From: Verrucomicrobiales bacterium
Lineage (GTDB): Bacteria > Verrucomicrobiota > Verrucomicrobiia > Verrucomicrobiales > V1-33
Reading direction: 5' to 3'
Assembly: GCA_031411295.1 (NCBI GenBank)
Contig: JANOAV010000056.1
Coordinates: 1-34,117, forward strand
Length of the DNA: 34,117 nucleotides
Within the stretch, counting starts at the first letter, position 1. Every line of letters begins with the position of its first letter. Shown in pieces: positions 19,089 to 28,222 of this stretch. A program made the translations under genes and the position numbers. The notes beneath the pieces were generated by a model. That model did not search any database. It was not told where the DNA came from and saw nothing but the letters and a program-made list of their open reading frames with translations.

Positions 19089-20708
19089 ATGAATTTCAGC
19101 CAGGGCGGAAAGCGAATGCTCTCCGCCCTGTTTTGTGCTTGGGCGCTGCTTGGATGTAGCCAGCCGGGCGATGCGCCGACGCGGGCCGAATTAGTGTTTA
19201 TCAACGGAGCCGAGGTCACCGCATTGGATCCTGTGGCAGTGAGTGACCAAGTTTCTGGCCGGGTCGTGACCAGCTTATTTGAAGGCTTGATGCGATTCAA
19301 CGCACAAGGTCGAGCGGAGCCCGGGGTAGCCACGGAGCCAGTGGTGTCTCCTGATAAAAGAACCTATACCTTCACCCTGCGACCCGAGGCAACTTGGACC
19401 GATGGCCAATCAGCGGTGCGGCGGGTCACGGCCCAAGATTTCTACAGCTCTTGGAAACGGTTTCTCGAGCCCGCCAACGGGGCGGAGTATGCCAATATTT
19501 TCTACTGCATCAAGGGGGCGGAAGATTATAACTCAGGCAAGACCAAGGATTTCTCCACGGTGGGAATCACGGCCCCAGATGCGAAGACTTTTGTGGTCGA
19601 ACTCGCCAATCCGACGCCTTATTTTAGGGATTTGGTCGCGTTCATGTGCTTTTGTCCCGTGACGGTCACGGAGGGGCCTGAAATCACCCGACTCCATTTC
19701 AAGCCCGGCCAAGTGGTCACGAACGGGCCGTTCTTGTTGGATGAATGGAAATTGAATGATCACATCCGGTTACGGAAAAACCCCCATTACTGGGATGCGG
19801 CCAATGTCTCGCTGAACACGATTGATGTGCTGCCCATCTCCAATGCCTCGACGGCATTAAATTTATTCCTCACCGGAGGGGCGGACTTGTTACTGGATAA
19901 AGGGCTCATTCCGCCAAACTTGGGGGAGAAGCTGCGCCAGCAACCGTATTTCCATTACAAGCAGTTCCTCGGGAGTTGGTTCCTGCGTTTCAACTGCAAG
20001 CGCGCGCCCTTCACGGACGCCCGCGTCCGCCGGGCCTTTGCGCTGGCGATCGATAAGGAGCGGATCGTGAAATCCATTACCCAGTATGGGGAAAACGTGG
20101 CGCACAGCATTGTGCCACCGGGCACGGGAGATAATTACCAACCGCCTGCCGGTCTGCAGGCGGACTTGGCGGAAGCCCGCAAACTGCTGGCAGAGGCCGG
20201 GTTCCCCGAGGGGAAAGGGTTCCCGTTAGTGAAGTATCTTTTTCCTAATCTGAGCATCGAGCCCAACATTGCGGTCGAGTTGCAAAGCATGTGGGAAAAG
20301 GGACTGGGGGTGAAGGTGGTGCTGCCGAAACAAGAATATAAAGTCTATCTGGGTTCCCAGAAGAACATGGATTTCGACATCTGCCGTAGCAGCTGGATTG
20401 GGGACTACAATGATCCCAACACCTTTCTGGATATGTTCACGGCCAATAGTGGAAATAATCGCACCGGTTGGGCCAATGCCGCTTATGATGCCGCCATCTT
20501 GGCCGCCGCTGCGGAAGCAGATCCGTTGCGGCGTTTTGAAATTTTCCGCCAAGCGGAGGACGTCTTGTGCAACCAAGAGGCACCCATCGCGCCAGTCTAT
20601 CATTACGTCGGAATTCAATTCTACCATGAGGATAAGTGGGACGGGATTGAAGCTAACCTAACCGATGAGCACCCCCTGCGCGTGATCCGTCGCAAGCCGT
20701 CTCCGTGA
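19089..20708 (+). CDS. oppA: Oligopeptide ABC transporter substrate-binding lipoprotein (SBP family 5)
   Basis: Lipobox LLGC, LDP, LFEGL, YTFTLR, VTAQDF, TNGPF, KNPHYWD, PFTDARVRRA, WIGDYNDP. Confidence 0.9.
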   Translation: MNFSQGGKRMLSALFCAWALLGCSQPGDAPTRAELVFINGAEVTALDPVAVSDQVSGRVVTSLFEGLMRFNAQGRAEPGVATEPVVSPDKRTYTFTLRPEATWTDGQSAVRRVTAQDFYSSWKRFLEPANGAEYANIFYCIKGAEDYNSGKTKDFSTVGITAPDAKTFVVELANPTPYFRDLVAFMCFCPVTVTEGPEITRLHFKPGQVVTNGPFLLDEWKLNDHIRLRKNPHYWDAANVSLNTIDVLPISNASTALNLFLTGGADLLLDKGLIPPNLGEKLRQQPYFHYKQFLGSWFLRFNCKRAPFTDARVRRAFALAIDKERIVKSITQYGENVAHSIVPPGTGDNYQPPAGLQADLAEARKLLAEAGFPEGKGFPLVKYLFPNLSIEPNIAVELQSMWEKGLGVKVVLPKQEYKVYLGSQKNMDFDICRSSWIGDYNDPNTFLDMFTANSGNNRTGWANAAYDAAILAAAAEADPLRRFEIFRQAEDVLCNQEAPIAPVYHYVGIQFYHEDKWDGIEANLTDEHPLRVIRRKPSP

Positions 20709-20833
20709 GCCGGAACATTTTGCGATTGTTGCAATAATCCGATTGCGGCGGGGGAGAATGCCTCATTAGTCTGCGCTTCGGTTTGTTTCCCACTTTCTTA
20801 CTTTCCCCAACCTGCATCTAGTAACGTAGCAAC

Positions 20834-22792
20834 ATGAGTAAATCTACTTCCCCTCGTCCGGTGGCGGTTCCGCCAACCCCTGTGGCAGAAGTTCCCGCAT
20901 GGAGCGTGGAGAAATCCAGAGAGTTGTATCGCATTGATGCCTGGGGCCACGGTTTCTTTGGCGTCAATGACAAGGGGGAGATCACGGTGAAACTTCGCAA
21001 TGAGGAGGAACAGGCTGAGGTCAGTCTGACGCAAATCCTGCGCAGTCTGCGTCGGAAGAGCAAAAACTTCCATCTCCCCGCGTTGTTCCGTTTCCCAGAT
21101 TTGCTCTACGCCCGTATTGCCGAACTGCATGCCGCCTTCAAGGAAGCGATGACATCCCAAGGCTACTTGGGGAAATATTGTGGCGTTTACCCGATCAAGG
21201 TGAATCAGCAGCAGCAAGTTGTGGCGGAGATCACAGAATACGGTCGCAAGCATCACTATGGCATCGAGGTCGGCAGCAAGCCTGAACTGCTGGCTGCGCT
21301 GGCTTTCATGCAGGACCGCAGCGCATTGCTGGTCTGCAATGGCTACAAAGATGCAGAGTTTATCGATCTGGCCCTCCAGGCCAAAAAGATGGGATTGCGG
21401 GTGATGCTGGTCATCGAAATGCCTCCAGAATTGGATCTCATTCTGGAGCGCAGCAAGGCATTGGGAATTGAACCTAATCTGGGGCTGCGCATCAAGCTGT
21501 CCACTAAAGGCAGCGGCCATTGGGCTGAAAGTGCCGGGGATCGCAGTCCCTTTGGGTTGAATTTCTCTCAGACCATTCGGGTGGTGGATGAATTGAAACG
21601 CCGCAACAAGCTGCATTTGCTGAAGATGTTGCATTACCATCAAGGTTCGCAGATTCCGAAGATCAGCACCGTGCGGTTGGCTGCTCAGGAAGCGGCGCGC
21701 GTCTATGTGAACCTGATCAAGGAGGGCGCTCCGCTGGGACTATTGAATCTCGGTGGCGGCTTGGCCGTGGATTACTCCGGAATTCGCACGGCGGATGAGA
21801 CTAGCATGAATTACACGCTACAGGAATACTGTGCGGATGTGGTGGAAGCGGTGCAGGGGATTATGGACGAGGCGGGGATCGAGCACCCGGATATCGTGAC
21901 TGAATCAGGGCGCGCCATGGTGGCCTACTACAGTGTGTTGGTCTTTGACGTGCTGGATGTGAATCGCACAGATACGGGTGAACCTTTGCCGAAATTGTCC
22001 AAGCATGCCCCAGGCGCGCTCAAGAGCATGATGGAGGTGGTGGAGAATTTGGATAAGCTCAATTTGCAGGAATCCTATCACGATATCGTGTTCTACCGTG
22101 ATGAACTCTTGACGCTCTTCCGCACCGGAGTGGTTTCCCTGCGCGAGCGCTCCGTCGGTGACCAGATTTATTGGTCCGTCCTTAACGAAATCAGCCGCCG
22201 GGCCACCTCCAAAGGTGGGTTGGAAGCCATGGGATTGGAAACGAAATTGGCGGATTTCTATTACGGAAATTTCAGCATGTTCCAAAGCCTCCCCGATGCG
22301 TGGGCGATCAACCAGTTTTTCCCCATCGCTCCGATTCATCGCTTGGATGAGGAACCCACCCGTAATGCGGTGATTTCGGATGTGACTTGTGACTGTGAAG
22401 GACAGTTGAGCTGCTTTATGGATGACGAGGGCAAGGTTCGCACCACCATTCCGCTGCACGAAATGAAGGACAACGAGGACTATCTCATGGGGATCTTCCT
22501 GGTTGGGGCGTATCAGGAAACGTTGGGAGATTTGCATAATCTGCTGGGGGACACCAGCGTGGTGACCGCTCGGATCAAAAATGGTAAGATTGCCTTTTCC
22601 CGTCAACTCGCAGGTGACACCTGTGCGGAAGTCCTTTCCTATTTGGAATATGAACCGCGGAATCTCCTGAAGCGCTTCCGCGCCTTGACAGACGCAGCCG
22701 TCGATTCCGGCAAGGTGACAGAGGAGGTGGCCGAGTCCTTTTACCGGAACTACCGATCCAATCTGAAGAGCTACACCTACTTCGCTCCTTAG
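20834..22792 (+). CDS. speA: Biosynthetic arginine decarboxylase
   Basis: YPIKVNQ (PLP Lys), GSKPEL, CNGYKD, HQGSQI, GGGLAVDY, ESGRA, NFSMFQSLPDAWAI, GAYQETLGDLHNL. Confidence 0.96.
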   Translation: MSKSTSPRPVAVPPTPVAEVPAWSVEKSRELYRIDAWGHGFFGVNDKGEITVKLRNEEEQAEVSLTQILRSLRRKSKNFHLPALFRFPDLLYARIAELHAAFKEAMTSQGYLGKYCGVYPIKVNQQQQVVAEITEYGRKHHYGIEVGSKPELLAALAFMQDRSALLVCNGYKDAEFIDLALQAKKMGLRVMLVIEMPPELDLILERSKALGIEPNLGLRIKLSTKGSGHWAESAGDRSPFGLNFSQTIRVVDELKRRNKLHLLKMLHYHQGSQIPKISTVRLAAQEAARVYVNLIKEGAPLGLLNLGGGLAVDYSGIRTADETSMNYTLQEYCADVVEAVQGIMDEAGIEHPDIVTESGRAMVAYYSVLVFDVLDVNRTDTGEPLPKLSKHAPGALKSMMEVVENLDKLNLQESYHDIVFYRDELLTLFRTGVVSLRERSVGDQIYWSVLNEISRRATSKGGLEAMGLETKLADFYYGNFSMFQSLPDAWAINQFFPIAPIHRLDEEPTRNAVISDVTCDCEGQLSCFMDDEGKVRTTIPLHEMKDNEDYLMGIFLVGAYQETLGDLHNLLGDTSVVTARIKNGKIAFSRQLAGDTCAEVLSYLEYEPRNLLKRFRALTDAAVDSGKVTEEVAESFYRNYRSNLKSYTYFAP

Positions 22793-23110
22793 GGATCTTC
22801 CTGGATTTTCCTAGTCCTGTCTTTAATTAGCAAAAATTTTCTGCTCGATTTTCGGTGCATGGAGGTAGGCGGAAGATGCTCGGGTAGTGGTGTATTTCGG
22901 AAAAGGGATCCGCTGTGATCGTAACTCACTTAATATCAACGAGTTACGATTAGCGTTTTCTGTAATTTCTAGAAGTTCAGGGTTTAATAGCGACGTCAAT
23001 AAATTATCGCATAAGTAATACGCAAAACAAGAGTTTTTCAAAAAATTGAAGGTTTCGCTTTCGAATTACAAAATATAGGTGACATTTTAGCGAAGTTTAC
23101 AAAATTAGCT

Positions 23111-23695
23111 ATGACGAATCTTAAGGTTGAATACAGGAAGCAAAATCGGTGGGGCGGAGGCCTCTACACGAGGGAGACGATTGAAAAAGGGGAGATTGTG
23201 GCCTGTTTCGATGGGGTGGTGTATCATTGGGGGCACAACGTGGAGAGCATACCCAACGAGCCTCCGCTTTATCTGAGGGATCATGTCATTCAGTTTGGGC
23301 CTGGCATCTCTCGTGACTCCGCCAAAGGTTGGGGTCGGTTTGCGAACCATTCCTGTTCCCCGAATTGCGGCATCAAGGAGCTATTCAACATCGTCGCCAT
23401 GGCGGATATTCCAAAAGACGCCGAAATAACTTGGGATTATGCAATGACCGAGAACAGTGAATGGTTCATGACCTGCAGTTGTGGATCGCCTCGCTGCCGC
23501 AAACTCATTACGGGCTACCGGAACTTGCCCCCGGAGTTTCGGGCTGATTATACTGGATTCATTTCCCAATGGTTGGTGGATGCGGACATCCCGTATGAAG
23601 GGCCAGCCGTCGGAGGCGACTTTCGCAGCCAGGTGCTCCCAATGACTGAGTCGTCAGTGTATTTGAAAGACATCCAAAGCCCTCAGGCGTCTTAG
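23111..23695 (+). CDS. SET-domain protein-lysine N-methyltransferase with post-SET Zn site
   Basis: GGGLYTRETIEKGE, RFANHSCSPNC, EITWDY, CSCGSPRCR. Confidence 0.9.
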   Translation: MTNLKVEYRKQNRWGGGLYTRETIEKGEIVACFDGVVYHWGHNVESIPNEPPLYLRDHVIQFGPGISRDSAKGWGRFANHSCSPNCGIKELFNIVAMADIPKDAEITWDYAMTENSEWFMTCSCGSPRCRKLITGYRNLPPEFRADYTGFISQWLVDADIPYEGPAVGGDFRSQVLPMTESSVYLKDIQSPQAS

Positions 23696-23729
23696 GGGGG
23701 GCATCACTGCTTGGGCCTGCGCCATCGGC

Positions 23730-24038
23730 TCATTTCGCAGGCGCGGTGCCATACGTGCTGACGAGGTATTTCAGCAGCACTGGCATGGCTTCGTCCGGGA
23801 TCGTGGCCCCGAATTTATCCTTCATTTTCTTGAGGGTGGCATCCCAATACTTTTCCGGAAGTGGCGGCTGCATGGAGCAGTATTCGGTGGAATGACAATT
23901 CAGGCACAGCGCTTTTGCCAAGGCCGCACCTTCGCCTGGGCGATAAACCCCGGTTTCCGCAGGGAGATTGAATTTGCGGGGTTCCGCTGAAGCTATGATG
24001 GTTAAGCACCACAGGAGAAGGAAGGGAAGTTTACTCAT
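23730..24038 (-). CDS. sorB: Sulfite:cytochrome c oxidoreductase cytochrome subunit (monoheme c)
   Basis: Signal peptide MSKLPFLLLWCLTIIASA, CLNCH heme motif, STEYCSMQPP…W…KKM…FGA. ATGA overlap with the sorA stop. Confidence 0.85.
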   Translation of the reverse strand: MSKLPFLLLWCLTIIASAEPRKFNLPAETGVYRPGEGAALAKALCLNCHSTEYCSMQPPLPEKYWDATLKKMKDKFGATIPDEAMPVLLKYLVSTYGTAPAK

Positions 24039-25252
24039 GGGGATTCGATGAGGACGTTGACGGTTTCGACGACATTGCGCATGTAGCCGTTGGGATTCCA
24101 GAGCGGTTCCAGCGCTTGGGTTTCGCCCAAGCGATTGAAGGCACGACACTGGATGGAGGCGGCCCCGCGTTTGGTTGGAGTCCAGGCGTAGGTCCATTCG
24201 CGGAAACTGTAGTTGCCCAGGGATTTACCAAGCATGGCTCCAGCCCAGGTCTTGCCTCCGTCCGTAGAGATTTGAACTTCTGTGATCCCGGCTCCACCGT
24301 CGAAGGCAATGCCGCGCAGGAGCACTTGGCCAGACCCGATCTTGGCACCTTCCTGATGGCTGGTGAGAAATGACCGGATCTTGAATTTTGTGATCGGAAC
24401 CGTGCTGGCCGGCGTGGTCCCCGGTTCGATGCAGCCGCCAGGGGTGTTCGGAATCCGATACGCCGTGCCCATGTAGAAGCCAGCATAGGCATCGGCCACC
24501 ACATTGAGTTCGCTGAGGTGCTTGACCCAATACGTCCCGTAATAACCGGGAACGACCAACCGCAGCGGATAGCCATTGAGCATGGGGAGTTCCTCCCCAT
24601 TCATCTCATACGCAATGATGATTTCACCATCACGGGCGTGATCGATTTCCAAGGCTTTCACGAAGTCGGGAGTTTTCTCGATTACGGCTTTGTCCAAGCC
24701 ATCGCAGACCACTTGCTTGGCACCTTCCGTGATGCCTGCCTTGTCGAGCACGTCCTTGAGTCGCACGCCTTTCCATTGGGCGTTCCCCATGGCTCCGTTG
24801 GCCAATTGACCGCCGCCGACGCGTGGTTGGAAGAAGCCCCGGCTGTTGCCGGAGCATTGATTTACGGCCACGACGGTTACCGCCTCCATGGCTTTCAAAT
24901 CTGCCAGCGACAACGACAGCGGGGTCTTCACCAGACCCTTCACGGTTAAACGATAAGTCTCAGGATCGATTTCCTCCGGCAGACCAGACAAGTGATAACG
25001 CACGAAGAAGGCATCGTTGGGCGTCAGTAATCCTTCGTTGAATATCTTAAAGGGAGTTTCCAACTGCGGGGGACGATGGGTGAGCAGGATCATCTCCCGT
25101 TTGCCGGGAAACTTCACCAACTCCCGGTGGCCGTTGGCAAAAGGCAGTTCGACAGAGGACGCAGCCGCCAAGTCACGCCCCGCCAGCAACCCAGCGGCGG
25201 TCAGCGTGCTCCGATGCAGAAATTGCCGACGGGAAACGGTGGGGTGAGCCAT
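24035..25252 (-). CDS. sorA: Sulfite-oxidase-family molybdoenzyme (SorA-like), Tat-exported
   Basis: Tat motif SRRQFL, RPPQLETP, AFFVRYH, Mo-ligand QCSGNSR, NGYPLRLVVPGYYGTYWVK, WNPNGY. Confidence 0.9.
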   Translation of the reverse strand: MAHPTVSRRQFLHRSTLTAAGLLAGRDLAAASSVELPFANGHRELVKFPGKREMILLTHRPPQLETPFKIFNEGLLTPNDAFFVRYHLSGLPEEIDPETYRLTVKGLVKTPLSLSLADLKAMEAVTVVAVNQCSGNSRGFFQPRVGGGQLANGAMGNAQWKGVRLKDVLDKAGITEGAKQVVCDGLDKAVIEKTPDFVKALEIDHARDGEIIIAYEMNGEELPMLNGYPLRLVVPGYYGTYWVKHLSELNVVADAYAGFYMGTAYRIPNTPGGCIEPGTTPASTVPITKFKIRSFLTSHQEGAKIGSGQVLLRGIAFDGGAGITEVQISTDGGKTWAGAMLGKSLGNYSFREWTYAWTPTKRGAASIQCRAFNRLGETQALEPLWNPNGYMRNVVETVNVLIESP

Positions 25253-25285
25253 GGGAGGATGGAGGGAGGGAGTGGAGCTGAAATG

Positions 25286-26677
25286 CTAGCTGGCGTAGGA
25301 CTCTTCCACCAGTTGCGCAATGTTGCGATAGCCGTAATCCGACTCATAGATCTGTTTCCAAGCTTCGAGCGCTTCGGTCTTCTTCCCTTGCTTGTGATAG
25401 AGCGCGCCGAGGTTGTAGAGGGACTCTTTCTTCGTGTCGTCCATGGAGTGGAGTTCACTAATGGCTTCTTCGAGCTGACGGATGCCAAGATCCACCATGT
25501 TTTTGTCGGTGTAGCATTTGGAAAGGATGAGCATCGCCTTGGTGCGGATGTGGGGATTGCTCTTGGCTTTCTGGAGTTCGGGAATGGCCTCAGTGGCATG
25601 ACCGGCGGCGTAGAGGTGACTGCCCAGCTCGAACCGCAATTGCATGTCCGTGGGGTTCTTGTCCACCCGATCCCGGGCCACCGCCACCAGCCGCTCTTCG
25701 CGCTCCAACATGAGTCGATTCAGTTCTTCCTGCTGGGTGATGAGGTCTGGATGATCAGAGTTCTCCTTGATCCAGTCGCGCAGTTGACCGATGTGGACTT
25801 CGCTCAGTTTATCGTGCAACCGGTGCACCTTCGTTTCCAAGGAGGAGTCACCATTGCTGAGGGTGAAGGCGTAGTGATAATATTGGTAGGCTTCATCATA
25901 GCGCTCCAAGCGTTCCAGGATTTCCGCGATCTTCTGGACGGTATTGATGTTGGTATTATCCTGCGCATAGAGGTCCATGAAGTTGGTCAGCACTTCTTCG
26001 TTCTGTTCTTTGGTGAGACCTTGTTTACTGGCCAGTTCGAGCATCTGCGCCTCTTTGTTATCCTTCATCAGCGAGCGCACGCCGCCACTGCCTTCATGGT
26101 CCCATTTTTGCTGTTTCATTGACAGCTTGGCATTGGAATTGGTGAAGCCCTTGCGCGCCTCCCCATCGGATGGATCAGCCGTCATGATGGCTTTGTAAAC
26201 GTCCACGGCCTTGGCCGGTTGCTCGGTTTCCATATAGAAATCTGCCAAGCGATGCATGACCTTCACATTATCCGGGTGGCCCTGCTTGACCGTCTCCAAG
26301 GCAAAAGCGGCCGTCTCCGGGAGCGTGCAAGCCAGGGCGCATTCAAAGAGCATCTGGTTGGCCTGCACATTGTAGGGATCGTCCGCCAGAATGATTTCCA
26401 GATCCACGATGGTTCCAGCGGGATCCTTCTTGGCTTTCTGCTGGAGTTTGAGCACCGACAACCCGGAGGTGTTCATGCCGAGAAATTTTTTGCCTGCGGT
26501 TTGCTTCTTCTGCACGGCGGCCTTGCGGCACAACTGGCGTCCTTCGAGGAAGTCTGGCGCATCTTTCAAAATGGCCATCAGCAACTGAATGGCATAATCA
26601 TTGTTGAGCAGGCGCACGGCTGCGACCGCTTTGTCGAATAAGTTGCGTTGCGCTTGGGGGAGATCTTTAGAGGTCAT
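25286..26677 (-). CDS. Cytoplasmic tetratricopeptide-repeat protein
   Basis: Repeated TPR helices (HPDNVKVMHRLA, NPTDMQLRFELG, LYNLGALY), C-terminal DYGYRNI. Confidence 0.8.
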   Translation of the reverse strand: MTSKDLPQAQRNLFDKAVAAVRLLNNDYAIQLLMAILKDAPDFLEGRQLCRKAAVQKKQTAGKKFLGMNTSGLSVLKLQQKAKKDPAGTIVDLEIILADDPYNVQANQMLFECALACTLPETAAFALETVKQGHPDNVKVMHRLADFYMETEQPAKAVDVYKAIMTADPSDGEARKGFTNSNAKLSMKQQKWDHEGSGGVRSLMKDNKEAQMLELASKQGLTKEQNEEVLTNFMDLYAQDNTNINTVQKIAEILERLERYDEAYQYYHYAFTLSNGDSSLETKVHRLHDKLSEVHIGQLRDWIKENSDHPDLITQQEELNRLMLEREERLVAVARDRVDKNPTDMQLRFELGSHLYAAGHATEAIPELQKAKSNPHIRTKAMLILSKCYTDKNMVDLGIRQLEEAISELHSMDDTKKESLYNLGALYHKQGKKTEALEAWKQIYESDYGYRNIAQLVEESYAS

Positions 26678-26909
26678 GACAGTGATGGTGGCGGCAGCGG
26701 GTTGATGCCGCAGGACAGTTGGGTATAATAGTGAAATGGAGGGACCAGCAGCACCCTTTCATGACCCACGAAGTCTGGTCGGGCAACATCGCGTGAATCA
26801 GGAAGGGATTTATCTGCCATCAGGGAAAATACTAAATGCCCATGGGGCAGCGCGACAAGAGGATTTTGTCAAGAAGTGCAATTTTCGGCAATTTTTCGGG
26901 ATCCTCCCA

Positions 26910-27890
26910 TCATTTCTTCGCGGAGCGAGCCTTTGCTAGCACTTCAGCCAGGGCAATCGGCTTGCCGCCCTGGCGTTTGCTCTCGTCGGCGGCCTCCATG
27001 AAAGTAAACAGTTCAATGGTCTCGGCGGTGGGAACGGGAGAAACTTTGGTCTGGAGAAATTTCACGATTTCCACGACTAAGGGCGTGTAGCCATCGAACG
27101 TTCCGACCGGAGCCTCACCCTTGTCTCCTTTAGCCAGGCCACCGTAGGCCTTGCTCTCGCGGAAAACACCCGTGCGCCCGCCAGTCCAATGTCCCACGAC
27201 TTCGATCATGCCATCCGCCGTCGTCCGGCGTTCCACCGTTTCGCATCCGGTTCCCATCACGGTGTAGAGCGACTCGCATCCATGGACCCCATACCAATAG
27301 AGATCCGGGTGCGTGGGCTCCAGATGTGCGGGGCTGGTCGTTTCTGCACTGACCACCTTTCCGATGCTGCCCGCGCGCACCGCTTGGGTGGTCTTGGCGA
27401 AGCGCAGCGAGGAGGAGGTGAACAACGGAACTTTGGCGGCCTCTGCCAGTCGGAAAATTTCCAGCGTGTCCGCCAGGGTGCCACCGACCGGTTTGTCGAT
27501 GTAAACTGGCTTGCCCGCCGCAATGACGACTTTCGCCTGGGCCAGGTGCGGTCGGCCATCGACGCTTTCAATCAGCACGGCATCCACCAGACCGCACATT
27601 TCCTCCATGGTCTCACAGATTTTGACGCCATACTTATCCTTCAGGGTGGCGGTGTATTCGTCCACTCGGTTGATGCTGGACGGAATGTCCGGGCTGCCGC
27701 CCTTAAATGCCGCCACCACCTTGGCCCCCGCCACATGATCCTTGGCCGCCGGATTATTCAACGTCTCGGTGAACGCCGTGACATGGGACGTATCCAACCC
27801 AATGATCCCCAGTCGAATGTCCTCCGCTATGCTGGTGGAAAATGGAAGCGTAGCGAGCATCAGGCACAGAGGTAAAATGGATTTGAACAT
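26910..27890 (-). CDS. Gfo/Idh/MocA family oxidoreductase with signal peptide
   Basis: IRLGIIGLDTSH, VDAVLIESVDGRPH, PVYIDKP, SSSLRF, YWYGVH. Start at MFKSILPLCL (27890). Confidence 0.85.
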   Translation of the reverse strand: MFKSILPLCLMLATLPFSTSIAEDIRLGIIGLDTSHVTAFTETLNNPAAKDHVAGAKVVAAFKGGSPDIPSSINRVDEYTATLKDKYGVKICETMEEMCGLVDAVLIESVDGRPHLAQAKVVIAAGKPVYIDKPVGGTLADTLEIFRLAEAAKVPLFTSSSLRFAKTTQAVRAGSIGKVVSAETTSPAHLEPTHPDLYWYGVHGCESLYTVMGTGCETVERRTTADGMIEVVGHWTGGRTGVFRESKAYGGLAKGDKGEAPVGTFDGYTPLVVEIVKFLQTKVSPVPTAETIELFTFMEAADESKRQGGKPIALAEVLAKARSAKK

Positions 27891-28059
27891 GAGACAAATC
27901 ATGCCGGAAGAGTGACCGACGGCGCAACCAAAAACCTTCCACAAAGGCGGAAGCGGGGAAGTGGTAATTTTTCTTGCCGAAATCCAGACTGAGCCTCATA
28001 ACTGCGCTCGATTCGCCTTCGCGAAATCGTCCTCACTGGGTCATCCAGGAATTTACCAT

Positions 28060-28200
28060 AAAAAGAAAAGCCGCCTCGGGTCCGATGGCAGCATGAGCCT
28101 CCCGAGGCGACTTTTTTGGAAGATTCCTGCGCGTCCATCGGGGGGGATGAGACGCGCAGGATCGACCGATTCACTAACGCAATTGTCACTACCAATTACA
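28060..28200 (-). ncRNA. Candidate small RNA or attenuated leader (unnamed)
   Basis: Minus-strand promoter TTGACA-N16-TATTCT (28234-28207), hairpin 28125-28161 containing a C7 run, and terminator hairpin 28066-28115 followed by TTTTCTTTTT on the minus strand. Confidence 0.5.
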
Positions 28201-28222
28201 GTATCAAGAATAGCCCAAGTAT

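Noticed and set aside
22823..23041. 72-aa minus-strand ORF in the AT-rich gap
   Set aside because: TTG start, no motif, and it overlaps the probable promoter region of the SET gene.
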